Positions 1 through 7,708 of a stretch of 64,000 nucleotides of DNA are shown in pieces. This DNA comes from an uncultured delta proteobacterium. GTDB lineage: Bacteria > Desulfobacterota > Syntrophia > Syntrophales > UBA2185. The DNA is taken from positions 476,438-540,437 of the forward strand of contig OY970063.1 in assembly GCA_963705275.1 (NCBI GenBank), in the 5' to 3' direction. Numbering within the stretch: the stretch's first letter is position 1; each line of letters begins with the position of its first letter. The notes under the pieces are model-generated. The model was given only the letters and a program-made list of their open reading frames with translations, was not told where the DNA came from and did not search any database. Made by a program: the position numbers and the translations under genes.

Positions 1-257
1 CACAGGCAACGCGGGCTCTTGAAGAAGCCGGAGCCGTGGAGGTGTCCGTATGCTGCACCCACCCCGTACTTTCAGGACCTGCTATAGACAGAATTGAAAA
101 TTCAGGCCTCAAGGAGATCATCGTCACTGACACCATCCCCCTGCATGATAGGGCCAAGGCTTGTAAACGCATCAAGGTTCTTTCTGTCGCCGGGCTAATC
201 AGTGAAGCTGTTCGGCGCATCTATTACAACGATTCAGTACATTCGCTTTTTATATAG
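1..257 (+). CDS. prs: ribose-phosphate pyrophosphokinase, C-terminal part (5' end lies outside the window)
   Basis: The open frame runs from the window edge to the TAG at 255-257. The translation ...CCTHPVLSGPAIDRIENSGLKEIIVTDTIPL...KVLSVAGLISEAVRRIYYNDSV matches the conserved PRPP synthetase C-terminus. It has the usual prs-rplY-pth context. Confidence 0.85.
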   Translation, partial: QATRALEEAGAVEVSVCCTHPVLSGPAIDRIENSGLKEIIVTDTIPLHDRAKACKRIKVLSVAGLISEAVRRIYYNDSVHSLFI

Positions 258-266
258 GAGGAGTAG

Positions 267-899
267 ATGGAAATAAGTGAATTAAAAGCCAGTCTTCGCA
301 CGACTTCTGGAAAAGGGATTTCCCGAAGACTGAGGAAAAACGGGTTAACGCCGGCCGTATTTTACGGCCCCAAAGCTCAAGCTGTTCTGTTGACGGTGAA
401 TTCTTCTGACTTGATGAAGATACTAAAGGGCAAGGAGGAAAACATTTTCATAAACCTGCTGATAGCAAACGGCAGCACAATGGAAAAATTCACCCTCATT
501 AAGGAACTGCAGATAGATCCTCTCAGCGGAAAATTCCTGCACGTAGACTTCTGCGAAATTGACATGGAACACGCCATTACCGTTGACGTACCCATCCATT
601 TCAAAGGACAGGCCATAGGTATAGATAACGGGGGAGATCTACATCATATTAGAAGGGAAATAAAGGTCTCCTGCCTATTTACAGTGCTGCCTGAATTTGT
701 AGAGGTGGATGTAAGCGGTCTCGACATCGGCGATTCGATAAAGGTGCAAGACATAAAATTGCCTGAGGGTGTCAATGTCCTTGATCCTAACGATATGATC
801 ATAGCATCAGTTTCGGCACCGAGGGCTGTGGTGACAGCTGAGCCGGTTGTAGAGGAACAGGAAGCAGTAGAAACACCGGAAGAGGAAGAAGGATCCTAA
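267..899 (+). CDS. rplY: 50S ribosomal protein L25 / general stress protein Ctc
   Basis: AGGAGG lies 5 nt upstream of the ATG. The N-terminus ...RTTSGKGISRRLRKNGLTPAVFYG is the L25/Ctc signature. It has an acidic C-terminal tail and sits between prs and pth. Confidence 0.9.
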   Translation: MEISELKASLRTTSGKGISRRLRKNGLTPAVFYGPKAQAVLLTVNSSDLMKILKGKEENIFINLLIANGSTMEKFTLIKELQIDPLSGKFLHVDFCEIDMEHAITVDVPIHFKGQAIGIDNGGDLHHIRREIKVSCLFTVLPEFVEVDVSGLDIGDSIKVQDIKLPEGVNVLDPNDMIIASVSAPRAVVTAEPVVEEQEAVETPEEEEGS

Positions 900-1035
900 G
901 CAGTGAAGATCCCCGGCTGCGATGGGGACTTTGCAGGCAAAGACATTACTGTTGTTTCGCCCCGCTGATGGAGCGGCGTTTGCGGGATGCATTCCCGGTC
1001 AAGTGTAAGACTTCTACTCCACTAGAGGTGACTGT

Positions 1036-1638
1036 TTGAAGCTTATAATTGGGCTGGGAAATCCAGGTATCAAGTACCAGGCCACTAGGCATAATAGTGG
1101 CTTCTTGGCGATTGATGAAATCGCTGCCAACCATAATATCCCCGTAAATTTGAAAGGCTTTGAGGCTTTTTTTGGAAAAGGCAGAATCGGTGACATTCCG
1201 ATCCTGCTTTTCAAGCCTATGACCTTTATGAATATCAGCGGCTCTGCAGTCAAGAAGATCGTAGACTACTTCAATGTCGATCCAGCGGATATAATCGTCA
1301 TTCACGATGACATAGATATCCCTTTCAGGACAATCCGTTTGAAGGCTGGCGGAGGTCATGCCGGTCATAAAGGACTAATTTCCATCATAGACAGCCTCGT
1401 CAATCCAGATTTTATCAGGGTGAGAATTGGCATCGGAAAACCTTTTGATAGATCGATGGTTGAGAGATATGTTCTTGAACAGTTTGCCGAGGATGAAATG
1501 AAGTTGTTGCCCGAGATCATGAAAACCGCAAGTGATGCAGTGACAATGGTTGCTACGTCAGGGATTCAGGCAGCCATGAATCAGTACAATGAGAGACCCG
1601 CTAATCAATCGGACAACGAGGACGCTGTCTTGCATTGA
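1036..1638 (+). CDS. pth: peptidyl-tRNA hydrolase
   Basis: TTG start preceded by GAGGTG. MKLIIGLGNPGIKYQATRHNSGF is the canonical Pth N-terminus. The length is about 200 aa. Confidence 0.93.
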   Translation: MKLIIGLGNPGIKYQATRHNSGFLAIDEIAANHNIPVNLKGFEAFFGKGRIGDIPILLFKPMTFMNISGSAVKKIVDYFNVDPADIIVIHDDIDIPFRTIRLKAGGGHAGHKGLISIIDSLVNPDFIRVRIGIGKPFDRSMVERYVLEQFAEDEMKLLPEIMKTASDAVTMVATSGIQAAMNQYNERPANQSDNEDAVLH

Positions 1639-1713
1639 TCCTTCACGATACGATAAACTGCGATTACGGAATAAAACTCATACAAGAACAGTGGTCTAAT
1701 AAAGGAGAACAAT

Positions 1714-2808
1714 GTGGGTTTTAAGTGCGGCATTATCGGGCTTCCGAATGTTGGGAAGTCCACCATCTTCAACGCCTTGACCGCGGCGGGTGCCGAGGTC
1801 GCAAATTATCCCTTTTGTACCATTGATCCCAACGTAGGGATTGTGCAAGTCCCGGATGAGCGGCTGCACAAAATTGCTGATATCGTCAGACCTCCCAAAG
1901 TTATTCCTACCACCATTGAATTCCTTGACATCGCCGGCCTCGTCAAAGGCGCAAGCAAAGGTGAAGGTCTCGGAAACAAGTTTTTGGGACATATAAGAGA
2001 AGTCGATGCCCTTGCACACATTGTGCGATGCTTCGATCATCCCTCTGTCGCACATATCTATGGCGCTGTTGATCCTGAACGTGACGTAGATATAATCAAT
2101 ACGGAATTAATCATCGCCGATTTAGAGACGTTGGAGAACAGGATCGCAAAGATCGGAAGGCTCGCAAAGACTGGCGACAAGACAGTCCATAAAGAGTTAG
2201 ATACGTGTCATCGTATCAAGAATGTTCTGGCCACGGGAACCACTGCACGCGAAATGACTTTTCAGGAAGATGAGCGGATAACCGCGAGAGATCTTCACCT
2301 GCTCACAACAAAAGAAGTCCTGTATGTTTCTAATGTCAGCGAGGCCGCTCTCAAGGGAGTTACAGACTGCACAGAGAAAGTGGAATCGATCGCAAGAAAG
2401 GAAAACTCAAACGCAATCACTATCTGCGGGGATATGGAAGCGGAGATAGCAGAGCTTCCAAAGGACGAACAGCAAGCGTTTCTCAATGCTCTGGGCATTC
2501 AGGAATCGGGTCTTAGTAAGCTCATTCGTGAAGCATACAAACTCTTGGGTTTAATAACATTTTATACGACGGTCGGACCGGAGCTCCGGGCGTGGACGGT
2601 GCCGCAGGGATCAAAAGCGCCAGAAGCTGCCGGCAAGATACATAGTGATATGGAGAAGGGGTTTATAAAAGCAGATATTATACATTACAGCGATTTTATC
2701 AGAATGGGCAGCCTGTCTTCAGCAAAGGTGGCAGGGTCCATCAGAATCGAAGGACGTGATTACATAATAGCCGATGGCGATATTGCTTACTTCAGATTTA
2801 ATGTTTGA
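1714..2808 (+). CDS. ychF: redox-regulated ATPase YchF (Obg-family GTPase/ATPase)
   Basis: GTG start after AAAGGAG. P-loop GLPNVGKST is present, followed by the TGS-like C-terminus ...EGRDYIIADGDIAYFRFNV. The length is 364 aa and pth-ychF synteny is conserved. Confidence 0.95.
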   Translation: MGFKCGIIGLPNVGKSTIFNALTAAGAEVANYPFCTIDPNVGIVQVPDERLHKIADIVRPPKVIPTTIEFLDIAGLVKGASKGEGLGNKFLGHIREVDALAHIVRCFDHPSVAHIYGAVDPERDVDIINTELIIADLETLENRIAKIGRLAKTGDKTVHKELDTCHRIKNVLATGTTAREMTFQEDERITARDLHLLTTKEVLYVSNVSEAALKGVTDCTEKVESIARKENSNAITICGDMEAEIAELPKDEQQAFLNALGIQESGLSKLIREAYKLLGLITFYTTVGPELRAWTVPQGSKAPEAAGKIHSDMEKGFIKADIIHYSDFIRMGSLSSAKVAGSIRIEGRDYIIADGDIAYFRFNV

Positions 2809-3002
2809 AAGGAAGCAATGGCGTCTAAAAAAGGTCAACTATAGGAGCAAGGCAAACTGAAAGGGCGGATGAAGGTAAAATATCCGCTGGCGAATACCTG
2901 ACCTTTCATCACTCACATCTGCGGGGGATCGGCGGATGGCAAAGGAGGGAAGGGAAACCATCCACCGACTCAGAGTAAGAGAATTTTACGATACAAGCAG
3001 AG

Positions 3003-3239
3003 CTAATCTTCATCGGAAAAGAAATCAGGAAGGAAAAATGTTTTGCTTTGGTCTCTATCTTCTTCTCTCTTTACCGGCTCACTCGGGCCGAGCCCATCTG
3101 ATATATTCTCTTTAAACTTACTGTCTTCGTTGATGAAGAACTCATATTCTATGCCAAATTCACCAAGATCAGATCCCGAGCGCGAGACCTCGTCTTCCCG
3201 ATTTCTATCCTTTTCTTTGCGTTCTCCCTCCTTCTTCAT
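3003..3239 (-). CDS. hypothetical small hyper-charged protein (78 aa), putative sigma-54-dependent target
   Basis: This is the only ORF of 60 aa or more on the minus strand between ychF and the activator gene. It is about 130 nt downstream of a -24/-12 promoter. It has no clear SD and no homology I recognise, and it could instead be part of a non-coding transcript. Confidence 0.35.
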   Translation of the reverse strand: MKKEGERKEKDRNREDEVSRSGSDLGEFGIEYEFFINEDSKFKENISDGLGPSEPVKREEDRDQSKTFFLPDFFSDED

Positions 3240-3350
3240 CTAATATATATTAAGGATAATTGAATTTCATGAGACCTCTGAGATCTACCTTTCATCTTTG
3301 CTCTATCGGCTATTATTCCTAAAGGTCTCTTACGTTCTCGAGAGGTCTCT
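3185..3350. repeat. four copies of the 8-mer GAGACCTC / GAGGTCTC (two in each orientation, one of them 7/8)
   Basis: On the plus strand, gagacctc occurs at 3185-3192 and 3271-3278. gaggtctc occurs at 3342-3349 and aaggtctc at 3322-3329. Sites 3271-3279 and 3341-3349 form a perfect 9-bp inverted repeat. Confidence 0.7.
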
Positions 3351-3369
3351 TCGAGTTGAATTTAATATG

Positions 3370-3385
3370 TGCAATATCATTGCCA
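3370..3385 (-). promoter_or_regulatory. sigma-54 (-24/-12) promoter
   Basis: The minus strand reads TGGCAATGATATTGCA. GG and GC fall at exactly the canonical spacing of TGGCAC-N5-TTGCW. It points toward ORF 3239-3003 and lies directly downstream of a sigma-54 activator gene. Confidence 0.65.
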
Positions 3386-3556
3386 CTTTGATGCTGCCTT
3401 CATTCTGCAAATAAATTAAGTAGGAAAATTTCGAAAAATGAAAATATACTCTTCACAAATCAACGAGTTGTAAACCACCATCAGAAGCTTCCTCTTTTTG
3501 AGACAGCATGCTCTTTTAAAAAAATGACGTAAATGATGAATATCTTCCGGGATTAT

Positions 3557-3663
3557 TTGTGCGGCAATAGCACAATAGATTTGGCCCACAATGAGGTATT
3601 TTAAAGAAATCCGTCACTTCACCAAGTGTGCATAATGAGCACATATCGTGCCCTTATAGCACT
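3557..3663. promoter_or_regulatory. three candidate enhancer (UAS) sites, TGTGC-N7-GCACA inverted repeats
   Basis: The sites are TTGTGC-GGCAATA-GCACAA (3557-3575), TGTGC-ATAATGA-GCACA (3627-3643) and cGTGC-CCTTATA-GCACt (3647-3663). The last two have centres 20 bp apart. All lie 170-280 bp upstream of the -24/-12 element. Confidence 0.55.
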
Positions 3664-3672
3664 AATTCGTGA

Positions 3673-5808
3673 TCAATTGATGTGCTTATCAATCTTCTTT
3701 CGTTCTCTGATGAATTTGTAACGAGAAATGCTTAGATGCTTGGCCGCTGCAGTCTTGTTGCCGCCGCTTATTTCCAGAGCATTTTCGAGGATTCTTTCTT
3801 TAATGTCGCTCATAATTCTCTCTGTCACCACAGTGTAATCTATTTCCCCGGAGGAGAGTGCGGGAAGAAATTTTTCAATTTCAACTTTGAGATATTTGTA
3901 GCTCGGAACGGCCTTTATTTCGGCGGGAAGATCGTCAGGCGAAATGGATGTGCCAAGTTTCTGCAAGATCATGACCCTCTCAATTATATTTTTCAACTCC
4001 CTTACATTCCCTGGCCACGTATAAGCTTTCAAAATAAGTTCTGCTTCTTTACTGAACCCTCTTACCTTTTTCCCGAACTTCCTGTTAAATTCTTCTATAT
4101 AGTGCCTTGCCAGAAGAAGTATATCATCAGGTCTTTCACGGAGGGGCGGGATGACAATAGGAACAACCCTTATTCTGTAAAAAAGATCTTCGCGAAATGA
4201 CCCTTCACTTACCATCTTGGCAAGGTCCATATTTGTTGAAAAAATAAACCTTACGTCAACGGGTATATTTTCTGTTCCGCCGAGACGCCTCACATAACCG
4301 TTTTCCAGCATTCGCAAGAATTTTACCTGCAGCTGGATGCTCATATTTCCAACCTCATCCAGCAGCAATGTGCCTCCATTGGCATATTCCAGAAGACCAA
4401 TCTTCCTTTTTCGCGCATCCGTAAATGCTCCCGCTTCATATCCAAAAAGTTCACTTTCCAGCAATGTCCCCGGAATTGCAGCACAATTAACATCTACGAA
4501 GGGTTTGGAAGATCTGTTGCTCTGTCTGTGAATGGCGCGGGCAATTAATTCCTTGCCGGTACCACTTTCGCCCTGAATCAATATATTTGTATTATGTGAT
4601 GCGACTTCCTCAATTACATGGAAAATGCCGATCATCTTCTTTGATTTGCCGAGAATATTATGAAACCCCAAAAGGATATCTTCTCTCTCTTTTAATTTTT
4701 CGACTTCCGTCTTGAGGGATTCCGCTTCAAGCGACAGCATCGAATGCATAATTACATTGTCATATGAGGTAACAGCATTCTTAACGAGTATGTCCAGAAT
4801 ATTGATTTGATCCTGCGTATAGCTGCCTGATCGTTTTGCAAGATACAGCGCGCCTTTGAACTTGTCCTTTATATGAAGGGGAAATGCTAGTTCAGAATGG
4901 AACCCATCATAGACAGGGTGGGTCAACGAACCCTCGTCAGTTTCTCGTCGCACGACAATAGCATCAGTATCCATTACCTGACCTATGATGCTCTTGCCTA
5001 TTATCCCATCATAAGCCTTTCTGTCCTCAATAAACACCTTCCCACCATCAGTGACAAGACACCGATCCTTTTCGATGTCTAAGAAATATACGAGGACTCT
5101 ATCGGCGCCCGCAATTTCAAGCGCACTCTTATTGAGGATGTCGATTATCCGATTATCAAGGACGCGACTTGAATTTATCTCGGACACAGCCTCCTGAAGA
5201 ATCATCAACTGACGGATTTTCTCCGCATTCGTCGCAAAGAGCCTTGTATTGTGGATGACAATGCTCATCTGACTGGCAAATGTCAGAAAGAGGCTGATCT
5301 CTTCAGTGAAGAATTTCGTTTCCTCCTTGCACCACGCCGCGATTGTTCCTATGACGTCATCGCCTATCTTGAGGGGCACACACACGATAGAGCCCTTGCT
5401 AAGAATCTTTGTCAACATGCGATCAGTTTCCGTGATTCTCGGATCAGTTGCCGCGTCCGCGATGGCAATCACCTGGCCTGATTTTGCTACCTTTGTTGAT
5501 AGACAATCATGTTCGTAAATATTGAGGGCAACTGAGAATGCCCTTGCTGTCTCTTCGGGATTGTAATTCTTCACAACCTTGGTTTCCAGATACTGCTTCG
5601 TCTCATCAAAAAGTCTGATTATCCCCATGTCGAAACCCATGGTATCGACAACTTCATCCAGAATTCTGGCTAGTATTTCATCCACGTTGGAGGGAGCGGT
5701 AAGAAAGGTGCTTATCCTAAAAATACTTTGCAGCAACTTATCTTTGTCAAGCAAAGGAGTGCCGGATATTTCGATATGGAGATCCTCATCGCCATTTATT
5801 CTCGCCAT
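3673..5808 (-). CDS. sigma-54-dependent transcriptional activator (bEBP) with tandem N-terminal GAF-type sensor domains
   Basis: 711 aa. The AAA+ core carries Walker A GESGTGKE, the GAFTGA-type loop EAGAFTDA and ...RERPDDI. The C-terminal Fis-type HTH reads GGNKTAAAKHLSISRYKF. The ~380 aa N-terminal region looks like GAF. Confidence 0.9.
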   Translation of the reverse strand: MARINGDEDLHIEISGTPLLDKDKLLQSIFRISTFLTAPSNVDEILARILDEVVDTMGFDMGIIRLFDETKQYLETKVVKNYNPEETARAFSVALNIYEHDCLSTKVAKSGQVIAIADAATDPRITETDRMLTKILSKGSIVCVPLKIGDDVIGTIAAWCKEETKFFTEEISLFLTFASQMSIVIHNTRLFATNAEKIRQLMILQEAVSEINSSRVLDNRIIDILNKSALEIAGADRVLVYFLDIEKDRCLVTDGGKVFIEDRKAYDGIIGKSIIGQVMDTDAIVVRRETDEGSLTHPVYDGFHSELAFPLHIKDKFKGALYLAKRSGSYTQDQINILDILVKNAVTSYDNVIMHSMLSLEAESLKTEVEKLKEREDILLGFHNILGKSKKMIGIFHVIEEVASHNTNILIQGESGTGKELIARAIHRQSNRSSKPFVDVNCAAIPGTLLESELFGYEAGAFTDARKRKIGLLEYANGGTLLLDEVGNMSIQLQVKFLRMLENGYVRRLGGTENIPVDVRFIFSTNMDLAKMVSEGSFREDLFYRIRVVPIVIPPLRERPDDILLLARHYIEEFNRKFGKKVRGFSKEAELILKAYTWPGNVRELKNIIERVMILQKLGTSISPDDLPAEIKAVPSYKYLKVEIEKFLPALSSGEIDYTVVTERIMSDIKERILENALEISGGNKTAAAKHLSISRYKFIRERKKIDKHIN

Positions 5809-5835
5809 TGTTAAATCATTCCCTTTCCAAAATAA

Positions 5836-6348
5836 TTATGCCTCACGCAACATGATGCTGAGGGCTGTAGTAAGCTTCATGGTGTCCTCATCCGCTCTCC
5901 TCAATCTCGCACTCACAATCCTCCCTAGGTTCAACAGCATCCGGTAACCAAGTTCATAATCTTTTTCAGCAACCTTCAAAAAATCATCCTTCTTCATTTC
6001 GTACATAACGCAATCAGTGACTGCCTTTACGGAAGCGGTTCTTTTTTGTTCCTCAAGGAGGGCTATTTCCCCGACGACGGCGTGCTGTCCGCCATCCAAT
6101 CTCGTGAATACCTTATTTTTCCCTGAGTCTTCATTATCTGTGTCGTCTATAACAAGGTTCTTTGCGATCTCGACGGTGCCCTCCAAGATAATATACATGG
6201 TATCTCCGATATCGCCCTCTCTCATGATGATCTCATCGGCCGAAAAGGTAACTTTACGCAGGATATCCGTAATTCTTTGGATCTTTTCCGCAGTCAGGTT
6301 TCTAAAAAGAGCGATATCCCTCAATGCAGCAATGTCTTTATTCATCAA
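5836..6348 (-). CDS. stand-alone cyclic-nucleotide-binding (CAP/CNB) domain protein
   Basis: 170 aa. The phosphate-binding-cassette-like motif VGEIALLEEQKRTASVKA is present. The stop is 27 nt upstream of the bEBP start, which suggests an operon. Confidence 0.8.
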   Translation of the reverse strand: MMNKDIAALRDIALFRNLTAEKIQRITDILRKVTFSADEIIMREGDIGDTMYIILEGTVEIAKNLVIDDTDNEDSGKNKVFTRLDGGQHAVVGEIALLEEQKRTASVKAVTDCVMYEMKKDDFLKVAEKDYELGYRMLLNLGRIVSARLRRADEDTMKLTTALSIMLREA

Positions 6349-6448
6349 TTATCCCCCCAAAGTATAACCTCCGCATGTCTTGCAGTATCAGCCACCTTCC
6401 AAACAATGTCAGAACCTCTTATACGAGACGCATAAAGACTCTTGCTCG

Positions 6449-7624
6449 TCACCTAATCTTGCCGGCATTACCCTTCGAAAGTATCACGGCAAATTGCCCG
6501 TCTTTTATGACGTATCCGTCGTCAGGATTTAAGATAAACTGCATCTCTTCCCTCTTATAAAAGAAATCTTTTTTTGATTCCTTTATTTTATCCTTGATAA
6601 AGGTATCAATGACGGATGTATCGTCCGATAAAATATCTGCCAATTTCATTGCCTTCTTTTCCGTTAGGAGACCTATCAGGATAGCGTGCCTCTTTTCCCT
6701 GAAAAATACCGAGAGCTCTTTAAATGTATTACCTACAAGACTACGGGGAATTTCTGCTCTCCACAATTTGTTGGTGTCCCCCAGCGACAAGATGCTCGAA
6801 AATATCTTAGGGAGACCAGGGGAATTAATCGCACTTGCCAGGAGTGACCCCACATGTTCGCCCCTGACGACGACTTCATCAACATTTGCCCTTTTCAAGT
6901 GCTGCTTGTTTTCACCATCCAGGAGCTCGACAATCGTTTTAACATTGGGGGCTAAAGATTTTATAGCTAGAGCGGCAAGGGTTGTTCTTTCATCAATCCG
7001 CTCGTGCGGATGGCTTCCTGACGAGTCTGCCATTATCAGGGCAAAGGCAGCCTTGGTAATATTAGCTCTCGAAAGAACATCTTCGTGGACGTAATTGCCC
7101 CTGAGAAATCTAAGGTTGTATTTGTCATACTTGAGCTTGAGGGAATCGACATCGTCAACAGAAAGTTCGTTTATCAGGATGATAGGTGTATCTTCCATAG
7201 AACCATATGTCTTCAGCACCTGGAGGACTTCTTCTGTATGCTGATTCCAACCGCATATAACAATGTGGTTTTTCTCCTTGACAGTTTCCAAACCTTTTCC
7301 CTCCTTAATCTTCCGTTCGACAAATATGGAGGCGATAGTTGCCGTGAAGAGAGACATTAACCCCACGCCTGCAAAGATGAGCACTAAACCAACTGCTCTT
7401 CCACCCGCTGTTATCGGATATATGTCACCATAACCGACAGTACCCATAGTTACCACTGCCCACCAAACACCATCCCACAAAGAATGAATGGTAGATTCCT
7501 CCCCGGCACGTTCAAAATAATAGACGCTGGTTGCACTGATGAAGATAACACTTATGATGACGGTGGCAATTTGAACAAACTTCTCCCTGTACAATCTTTT
7601 CATTGATTTTAAGGCCATCGACAT
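6449..7624 (-). CDS. K+ channel with RCK/TrkA domains (MthK-like)
   Basis: Two TM helices flank a pore loop with the selectivity filter TVGYGD. A Rossmann-like RCK-N (IVICGWNQHTEEV...) and a TrkA-C-like end follow. Confidence 0.85.
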   Translation of the reverse strand: MSMALKSMKRLYREKFVQIATVIISVIFISATSVYYFERAGEESTIHSLWDGVWWAVVTMGTVGYGDIYPITAGGRAVGLVLIFAGVGLMSLFTATIASIFVERKIKEGKGLETVKEKNHIVICGWNQHTEEVLQVLKTYGSMEDTPIILINELSVDDVDSLKLKYDKYNLRFLRGNYVHEDVLSRANITKAAFALIMADSSGSHPHERIDERTTLAALAIKSLAPNVKTIVELLDGENKQHLKRANVDEVVVRGEHVGSLLASAINSPGLPKIFSSILSLGDTNKLWRAEIPRSLVGNTFKELSVFFREKRHAILIGLLTEKKAMKLADILSDDTSVIDTFIKDKIKESKKDFFYKREEMQFILNPDDGYVIKDGQFAVILSKGNAGKIR

Positions 7625-7708
7625 ATGCTGTCCCTATAATTAGGCTGCACTTAGGCAGCGTAACTTGCCCTTGGTCTGGGATATGCAATGATTACCGACA
7701 TGAATAAA

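Noticed and set aside
2860-2970. Two hairpins sharing GGCGGATG (GCGGAT-N11-ATCCGC, and TCGGCGGATGG-N18-CCATCCACCGA) between ychF and the small ORF.
   Set aside because: They are plausible 3'-end structures for the convergent transcripts, but neither is followed by a T-run on either strand. I did not call them terminators.
3043-3243. A plus-strand 66-aa ORF mirroring the small minus-strand ORF.
   Set aside because: It is a Ser/Leu-rich mirror of the charged minus-strand frame. The sigma-54 promoter faces the other way. Neither frame is proven, but this one has no supporting signal.
6379-6394. Minus-strand TGGCTGATACTGCAAG upstream of the cNMP-binding gene.
   Set aside because: The GC element is 2 nt too close to the GG, or 1 nt off with the alternative GG. 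It is not a valid -24/-12 spacing.
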